A DNA stretch of 64,000 nt from a bacterium (GTDB taxonomy: Bacteria > Bacteroidota > Ignavibacteria > Kapaibacteriales > UBA2268): positions 319-64,318 of the forward strand of contig JBAXXL010000023.1 in assembly GCA_037127915.1 (NCBI GenBank), given 5' to 3'. The notes under the pieces were generated by a model. That model saw only the letters and a program-made list of their open reading frames with translations. It was not told the DNA's origin and made no database searches. Below are positions 58,018 to 64,000 of this stretch, piece after piece; the stretch's first letter is position 1; each line of letters starts with the position of its first letter. The position numbers and the translations under genes were made by a program.

Positions 58018-58278
58018 TTATTTATAAGCATCTTTTCTATGTTTTACAGCAATAATATCTAAAATCATCTCAATATCCGATATTGAATACAATACTCTAT
58101 AATCGCCCACGCGTATTCTCCAGATATTATTCGTTCCTTGAAGCTTTTTGCATCCGTTAGGTCTTGGATTATGAATTAAAAGTTCAATTCTTTTCCAAAG
58201 CCTTTCGACAATTTGATTATCAAGAGATTCTATTTCACTAACAGCCGATTTTGAAAAGTTTATATTATAGCTTTTCAT
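58018..58278 (-). CDS. relE: Type II toxin, RelE/ParE family
   Basis: 86 aa. C-terminal WRIRVGDYRVLYSISDIEMILDIIAVKHRKDAYK matches the RelE/ParE core. Confidence 0.75.
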   Translation of the reverse strand: MKSYNINFSKSAVSEIESLDNQIVERLWKRIELLIHNPRPNGCKKLQGTNNIWRIRVGDYRVLYSISDIEMILDIIAVKHRKDAYK

Positions 58279-58462
58279 CCAATTTGCCTTGTTTTATCAA
58301 TTTATCTTTGACATCCTTAAGGCTTGTACGGGGCTCATTTTCACGCGATTTAGCAACTAATAAATCGTAGAAATCTTCCCAAATGCCCTTGTACTTTTTC
58401 AAATCAATAAGCACAGCTGTTTTATCGCCTTGTTCTGTTACAATATATTGAATGCCGTCCAT
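58265..58462 (-). CDS. Antitoxin (Phd/RelB-like) of the RelE module
   Basis: Start adjusted to MDGIQYIV. 14-nt overlap with the toxin gene. Small acidic protein upstream of relE. Confidence 0.55.
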   Translation of the reverse strand: MDGIQYIVTEQGDKTAVLIDLKKYKGIWEDFYDLLVAKSRENEPRTSLKDVKDKLIKQGKLDEKL

Positions 58463-58790
58463 TATATACCTTTTAAGCAAATTTATTATATGATTTTATA
58501 TATTTACAACGAATAAAAATAACGAATATTTGAAGATAATATAACGGCTAATTATAAATTATAAATGAGAAGAAGAAAAAACAATAAAAAGACCTAGGTT
58601 GAGGTCGAATGTTTGTAGAAAAATGCACCCCGTTTTTGAAAAACGACCCCAGCGTGGTCGTGTCTTTTTCTTTCTTGATTATTCCCGATTTTTCAAAGGA
58701 GTTTAGGGGCTTTCTCTTCTAGGGCGTATGCAATACGCCCCTACATTAACAATTTACAATTAACCATTATTGCTTCATACCCCACACCCC

Positions 58791-58819
58791 AAAAAAAAAG
58801 GCTGACAAATTGCCAGCCC
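58791..58819 (-). terminator. Rho-independent terminator of 58849..60189 (GGGCTGGCAATTTGTCAGCC plus T9 on minus strand)
   Basis: Plus-strand A9 followed by GGCTGACAAATTGCCAGCC. Confidence 0.65.
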
Positions 58820-58848
58820 TTATGGAATATTTGATTATTTTTATGTAT

Positions 58849-60189
58849 TTACATAATAACTATTTTACCACCGTAAAGCGTTTTGCCGGCTGTTTTAAAT
58901 TTGTACATATAGACACCGGAACGTAAGTCCGCAACATATACAGGTTCGCCTTTCGTGACTGTTTCATTAATTAATTCTTGACCGGTCAAATCGTAAATAA
59001 TTATATCAAGTGTAAGTTCACTACCGACCCAATTGAAAGTTATGTATTCTGTGCTCGGATTTGGAGAAACCTGAGCGGAAGATAATTTGTTGTCAAAAAC
59101 AGACGAACCTTCAAAGTTTGAATAGTAATATATAGATTTTGAACTGTCGGTGAGTGTTCCTGAATCATAGGCATAAGACATATTCGAAACAACCTGATGG
59201 CTGAAGAAATCCTTCATATCAGCGTCACTTGGTGTAAAAGGCAAAACTAAGTCATTCGACGAATAATCATTGTTGTATGAATAAACATCCTTATCTGTTG
59301 TTACTAATTCGTCGCTACCTGGGTTTTTTATATAATCTGTTTCCATATACCTATTGTTGAATCCATCATATTTATAGGCTATTTCGTTGCTGAAAATCAG
59401 CAATTCATTTCCATTATCATCAAATTCTACAGTCCAGGCAGTTATCTTATCAAGATTATTATTTCGATATGCATATTTATCTACTCCTGTTTTTAACCAA
59501 TCTTCATTCCAAGAGTATCTGGTACATTCGGTTAGTTTTTGATTATTATCATAAGTATATTCATCTTTTCCGATTAAACCAATTTCACTACTCATTGTAT
59601 AACCGTAATTCAATGTAGTAATCAATAGTTTATTGGAGTTGTATGTGTATTCATATCTGCCGCTGACCGCCCAAGAACTTGTAGCATCATCCCAATATAA
59701 CTCCGCTTCCGTTGCAAGTGTGCCATTATCATTATATGTATAATCAGTTTTAGTTATGTTAATACCATTAGTTATTTTTTGAATACTTGAAATCATATTA
59801 CCCTTTTGGTCATACTCATAGTCGGTACTGAAATTATAAACCAAATTCGAAGTTCCGGTATTATAAATTTTCATTGTCCCTTTTGTTACCTGACCTATTT
59901 GGTTATAGGAAAAAGTCATTTTTGCGTCAACTTTTATTCCTTCTTCGAATGGCTCACCATAAGAAACTGCACTATCCAATTTTTGTTTGGTCGTGTTTAG
60001 ATCGTTTATAGTGTTTAGCTTATCTTGAGTATTAGCCGCTAAATGAACTCTCCCTGCGAATTGATTTGGTAAAAACGCATTCACTAAGCTATGGTTTGAT
60101 AACTTATCGCCCGGTGTTGCGAACGTTAATGTACTAATGGTTATAAACGCCATTAATAATGTTGCTAATTTTTTCATAATTTTCCTCAT
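58849..60189 (-). CDS. T9SS cargo protein with YD/RHS-like repeats
   Basis: 446 aa. Signal peptide. Repeats (DYTYNDNGT, YEYTYNSNK, DEYTYDNNQK, EFDDNGNE). Sorting domain VSPNPSTEYITFNW...GVYMYKFKTAGK. Confidence 0.6.
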   Translation of the reverse strand: MRKIMKKLATLLMAFITISTLTFATPGDKLSNHSLVNAFLPNQFAGRVHLAANTQDKLNTINDLNTTKQKLDSAVSYGEPFEEGIKVDAKMTFSYNQIGQVTKGTMKIYNTGTSNLVYNFSTDYEYDQKGNMISSIQKITNGINITKTDYTYNDNGTLATEAELYWDDATSSWAVSGRYEYTYNSNKLLITTLNYGYTMSSEIGLIGKDEYTYDNNQKLTECTRYSWNEDWLKTGVDKYAYRNNNLDKITAWTVEFDDNGNELLIFSNEIAYKYDGFNNRYMETDYIKNPGSDELVTTDKDVYSYNNDYSSNDLVLPFTPSDADMKDFFSHQVVSNMSYAYDSGTLTDSSKSIYYYSNFEGSSVFDNKLSSAQVSPNPSTEYITFNWVGSELTLDIIIYDLTGQELINETVTKGEPVYVADLRSGVYMYKFKTAGKTLYGGKIVIM

Positions 60190-60304
60190 GAATAAGATTA
60201 TTGATACGTTTTATAATTTTTAAATCATAACATAATTACGAGGGAAATTTCTAATTGTTTCAATTTCTTCATACCCTATGTCCTAAACCCTAACCCCAAT
60301 ACCC

Positions 60305-60334
60305 TAAAAAAAGGGTTCGGCAAGCCGAACCCTT
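60305..60334 (-). terminator. Rho-independent terminator of the M24 peptidase gene (AAGGGTTCGGC..GCCGAACCCTT plus T7 on minus strand)
   Basis: Perfect 11-nt arms. The A-run on the plus strand precedes the hairpin. Confidence 0.7.
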
Positions 60335-60368
60335 TAATAGAATTTGTATTTATTTTAATACATATACT

Positions 60369-61595
60369 TTATCCTTCAATCGTAGGTAGTTCTTTCGGTG
60401 GATGAGTCAATCTAACTCCGCCTTGACTGGTTACGATGAATGGATCTTGGATACGCATACCGAATTTTTCGGTATAAACACCGGGAGCAACCATGATAAC
60501 GCATTTTTCGGGTATCAGGTCTATTTCATTTGCAAAATTAATAAATGGGTGTTCTTTGGAACTCAAACCAATGCCATAACCCAATCCGTGTTTAAAATAA
60601 TCGTTGCAACCTTTCGATTTCATAAACTCTCGTACAATAGCATCATAATGCAAACCTGACATCCCAGGTAATACTGCTTTCATTGCAACTTCTTGAGCTT
60701 CATAAAGAATGTCATACATTTCTTTTTGCTGTTTCGTAGCTTTGCCTATTGCTATAGTTCTCGAAATCTCAGCTTGGAAACCTTTGTATTGCGTCGAAAA
60801 GTTAATCATCAGCAATTCATTCTTTTTTAATTTTTTATCAGTTGGTTTACCATTTATTATATTACCACGTTCGCCTGAAGTAACCAACACTTGTGTTGGA
60901 ATATGCTCAGAACCTAAACGGCGGCTGATATAACCAATCTCGTTTGCCAATTCGTCTTCCGACATCTTAACTTTGATTATTTTGAGTACTTCGCTGTAAG
61001 TTTCCTCGGCTATTTCACACGCTTTTTTGATAAATTCTAATTCTTCTACACCTTTCGGCTGAGTGAACGGTTCGAAGAAATAAGGCGCAGGTTTAAATTT
61101 TACCGGGCGAATTTTATTACGAATATCAATTGCAAGGGAATATGGTATCTTATCTGCTTCAAAACCAAGAGTGACAAACTCGTTGAATATCTTAGTCTTT
61201 CGGCAGTAATCCCAAATATTACTTGTTATGTGGATTTTCAATCCGGGCAAATCGTAAAGTTCTTCTTGAATTTGCCTTTCATAGCGATAATCCGTAAAGA
61301 AATGGATATTATCACCGTGAACTATAACTTCTGCAAATGAACCGGAGAAGTTGGTTAAGTATCTAATGTTTGGCAAATATGAAATATATGCGGCTTGTAC
61401 TTTATATTCATCCATTGCGTATTTGAGTTGATTTAATCTCAAATCAACAATACTTGGATATTTATGTGCCGCACTTCCTTTACCGGAAGATGGATTCTTT
61501 TTTATCTCTTTTTCAACCGAAGGTGGTTTTACAGTCGGTTTCGGAGTATTTTTTATACTTTTTTTTGTTTCTTTTTTAGCCATAATAACAAACAC
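60369..61595 (-). CDS. pepP: M24 family Xaa-Pro aminopeptidase (creatinase/prolidase N-domain plus M24 catalytic domain) with a Lys/Pro-rich N-terminal tail
   Basis: 408 aa. M24 metal-ligand context (HGLGYGIGLSSKEHP; VIMVAPGVY). Basic N-terminal 45 aa (KKETKKSIKNTPKPTVKPP). Confidence 0.7.
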   Translation of the reverse strand: MFVIMAKKETKKSIKNTPKPTVKPPSVEKEIKKNPSSGKGSAAHKYPSIVDLRLNQLKYAMDEYKVQAAYISYLPNIRYLTNFSGSFAEVIVHGDNIHFFTDYRYERQIQEELYDLPGLKIHITSNIWDYCRKTKIFNEFVTLGFEADKIPYSLAIDIRNKIRPVKFKPAPYFFEPFTQPKGVEELEFIKKACEIAEETYSEVLKIIKVKMSEDELANEIGYISRRLGSEHIPTQVLVTSGERGNIINGKPTDKKLKKNELLMINFSTQYKGFQAEISRTIAIGKATKQQKEMYDILYEAQEVAMKAVLPGMSGLHYDAIVREFMKSKGCNDYFKHGLGYGIGLSSKEHPFINFANEIDLIPEKCVIMVAPGVYTEKFGMRIQDPFIVTSQGGVRLTHPPKELPTIEG

Positions 61596-61600
61596 TTATA

Positions 61601-63088
61601 TTATATGAAATAATTTGGAGATTCTTTTGTAATACTAACGCTATGTGGATGAGATTCCCTTAAAGAAGCAGAGGAAATCTGTGTAAATCTAGCTTCATTT
61701 TGCATTTGCTTGATATCGGCACAACCGCAATACCCCAATGAGGAGCGTAAACCGCCGATAATCTGGTATATTGTCTCACTTACATTGCCTTTGAAAGGCA
61801 CTCTTCCTTCGATTCCTTCTGGTACATATTTTGCGATATCATCTTCGACATCTTGGAAGTACCTGTCAGCTGAACCTTTTTTCATTGCATCAACAGATCC
61901 CATACCGCGATAAATTTTATAAGCACGGCGTTCGTAAATAATTTTTTCGCCTGGGCTTTCTTCGTGACCGGCTAACATATTCCCTACCATAACTGTATCG
62001 GCGCCACCGGCAATAGCTTTCGCTATATCACCTGTTTGCTTAATACCTCCGTCAGCAATAACCGGAACACCATATTTATGTGCTACTTCCACAGTATTCA
62101 TTATAGCGGATAATTGTGGAACCCCAACACCTGCAATTATGCGGGTTGTACATATAGAACCGGGTCCTATACCGACTTTTACACCGTCAGCACCGTGGTC
62201 TATCAAAGCCTGTGCGGCTTCACCGGTTGCAATATTTCCACCAATAACACCAATATTCGGATAAGCTGTTTTGATTTTCTCAATCATTTTCAATACGCCG
62301 ATTGAATGTCCGTGAGCAGTGTCAACAAATATTGCATCTACACTGACCGCAACTAATGCCGCCACTCTATCCATTGTATCGGATGTTACTCCTACAGCGG
62401 CACCAACACGTAAACGACCTTTGTAGTCTTTGCATGCTGTCGGATGCATTTTCTTTTTTTGTATATCTTTAAATGTAATTAATCCCAATAATTTATTATT
62501 TGCATCAACTACGGGCAATTTTTCTATTCTTTGCTTTTGTAGAATTTCTTCCGCTTCTTCCAATGTTGTACCAATAGGAACAGTAATCAGAGAATCTTTT
62601 GTCATAATAGTGGAGACATCAGCATCCAAGGAAAGTTTAAAGCGCAAATCGCGGTTTGTCACTATGCCAACCAATTTACCGTCACCATCAACAATTGGAA
62701 TACCGGAAATACTGAATTTTGCCATTAGTTCTAAAGCTTTCGATATTTTAGCATCGCATTTTAATGTGATGGGGTCCATTATCATACCGCTTTCGGAGCG
62801 CTTAACTAAATCTACTATATCAGCTTGAGCGGCTATTGAAAGATTTTTATGTATTACACCCATCCCGCCGGCACGTGCCAAAGCTATAGCCATAGCGGAT
62901 TCCGTTATAGTATCCATCGCGGCACTGAGAATTGGGATATTGAGTTTTATATCTTTTGTTATTGACGTTTCTAAACTAACTTCTCGAGGCAATACTTCGG
63001 AGTAGCGGGGTACTAGCAACACATCGTCGTATGTTATTCCTTTGTACAAAATTTTATTTTCTGCCATTTTCCAGCCTGTTTTTTTCAT
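61601..63088 (-). CDS. guaB: Inosine-5'-monophosphate dehydrogenase
   Basis: 495 aa. ...ILYKGITYDDVLLVP... N-terminus. Tandem CBS pair. Catalytic loop GIGPGSICTTR. The likely true start is the internal MAENKIL at 63067. Confidence 0.92.
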   Translation of the reverse strand: MKKTGWKMAENKILYKGITYDDVLLVPRYSEVLPREVSLETSITKDIKLNIPILSAAMDTITESAMAIALARAGGMGVIHKNLSIAAQADIVDLVKRSESGMIMDPITLKCDAKISKALELMAKFSISGIPIVDGDGKLVGIVTNRDLRFKLSLDADVSTIMTKDSLITVPIGTTLEEAEEILQKQRIEKLPVVDANNKLLGLITFKDIQKKKMHPTACKDYKGRLRVGAAVGVTSDTMDRVAALVAVSVDAIFVDTAHGHSIGVLKMIEKIKTAYPNIGVIGGNIATGEAAQALIDHGADGVKVGIGPGSICTTRIIAGVGVPQLSAIMNTVEVAHKYGVPVIADGGIKQTGDIAKAIAGGADTVMVGNMLAGHEESPGEKIIYERRAYKIYRGMGSVDAMKKGSADRYFQDVEDDIAKYVPEGIEGRVPFKGNVSETIYQIIGGLRSSLGYCGCADIKQMQNEARFTQISSASLRESHPHSVSITKESPNYFI

Positions 63089-63247
63089 TTTGTAAATCTT
63101 AATAGTGCTACGACGAAAACTTCGCTATTTTATTATAAATAAATATTTCTTTATTGATTCGGTTTTAAGCCAATAAATATTTTTCTCGATTCTTTATAAT
63201 ATACCTATATTTAATACGTTTAATCATTAAATATTTGGATTTTGATT

Positions 63248-64000
63248 ATGACAGACTTAGAAATTGCTCAATCAGCAGAGATACTGCCAATAGGACTCGT
63301 AGCAGTAAAAATTGGTATAGCACCAGACACATTAGAGTTTTATGGAAAATACAAAGCAAAATTACCCTTATCAATAATTGATGAAAAAAAGATTGCAAAA
63401 AGCAAATTAGTACTTGTAACTGCAATAACACCAACACCTATGGGCGAAGGTAAAACTACGGTTACTATAGGGCTAGTTGATGGTTTAAACAAAATAGGCA
63501 AAAACACAGCCGGTGCTTTGCGCGAACCGTCGTTGGGACCGGTTTTTGGAATGAAGGGAGGTGCGGCAGGTGGTGGACAATCCCAAGTTATACCAATGGA
63601 AGACATCAATCTACATTTTACCGGTGATTTCGCCGCTATTGAAAAAGCAAATAATTTACTTTCCGCCGTTATTGATAACGAACTGTATTTCAGTAGTGCT
63701 TGTGGTTCATCGTTAAACCCTAATGAGATTTATTGGAAAAGGGTTTTCGATATGAACGACCGCGCTTTGCGCAATATAGTTATAGGATTGGGCGGACCCG
63801 GAAACGGATTGCCCCGCCAGGATGGTTTCAATATTACAGCGGCTTCAGAAATAATGGCAATTTTATGTTTATCCAAAGATATAGAAGATTTGAAAAATAG
63901 GTTGGGGAATGTTTTTGTTGGGCTGAATTACGATAAAAAACCAGTCTTTGCTCGTGATCTCAATGCCGAAGGTGCAATGGCGGCTTTGCTGAAAGATGCA
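63248..64000 (+). CDS. fhs: Formate--tetrahydrofolate ligase (5' part; continues beyond the window)
   Basis: Manual translation from ATG 63248. P-loop [14 protein letters not shown] and FTHFS signature [19 protein letters not shown]. No stop before the window end. Confidence 0.85.
   Translation, partial: MTDLEIAQSAEILPIGLVAVKIGIAPDTLEFYGKYKAKLPLSIIDEKKIAKSKLVLVTAITPTPMGEGKTTVTIGLVDGLNKIGKNTAGALREPSLGPVFGMKGGAAGGGQSQVIPMEDINLHFTGDFAAIEKANNLLSAVIDNELYFSSACGSSLNPNEIYWKRVFDMNDRALRNIVIGLGGPGNGLPRQDGFNITAASEIMAILCLSKDIEDLKNRLGNVFVGLNYDKKPVFARDLNAEGAMAALLKDA

Noticed and set aside
60270-60312. Telomere-like CCCTAA-type motifs (CCTAAACCCTAACCCCAATACCCTAAA)
   Set aside because: Only about three imperfect units, directly upstream of a terminator hairpin. 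Most likely chance or part of the terminator A-tract context. No array.
1-64000. CRISPR arrays, rRNA or tRNA genes
   Set aside because: No regularly spaced direct repeats with unique spacers. No rRNA-like conserved stretches. No tRNA-like GTTCGAATCC or T-loop motifs were seen in the intergenic regions by eye. tRNAscan or Infernal would be needed to rule out small RNAs.

Overview
This is a low-GC (~35%) chromosomal window that looks like it comes from an FCB-group bacterium (Bacteroidota or Ignavibacteriota-like). That placement is inferred from eight proteins ending in type IX secretion (T9SS) C-terminal sorting domains, the absence of obvious Shine-Dalgarno sites, and many lipoprotein signal peptides. 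Housekeeping genes are tyrS, recG, dacB (PBP4), alr, guaB, fhs (partial), an M16 peptidase, an M24 Xaa-Pro aminopeptidase, a DsbD-like oxidoreductase, a SAM-dependent methyltransferase and an HD-domain hydrolase. The remainder is accessory and envelope-related, with eight main elements. (1) Three giant paralogous T9SS cargo genes, two of them inverted copies about 13 kb apart, with patchy near-identity suggesting gene conversion. (2) A LamG-lectin locus: a LamG-SASA esterase-Ig T9SS cargo gene, four tandem CarbopepD_reg-LamG lipoprotein paralogs and a double-OmpA-domain outer-membrane protein. (3) A three-gene envelope operon (outer-membrane protein, Cys-rich lipoprotein, TolB-like/OmpA/SPOR protein) bounded by direct repeats. 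(4) Three toxin-antitoxin-like pairs: DUF4160/DUF2442, DUF4258/DUF2283 and RelE/antitoxin. (5) A class II Fic gene immediately downstream of alr. (6) YD-repeat T9SS cargo proteins. (7) A modular REP/BIME-like intergenic repeat family whose hairpins are preceded by a conserved GTAG. One of those hairpins, plus a second perfect 30-nt palindrome, is embedded in frame in the sorting-domain coding sequence of two cargo genes. (8) A separate element made of clustered AACCTTA heptamers, present in three copies. No rRNA, tRNA or CRISPR array was found by eye.
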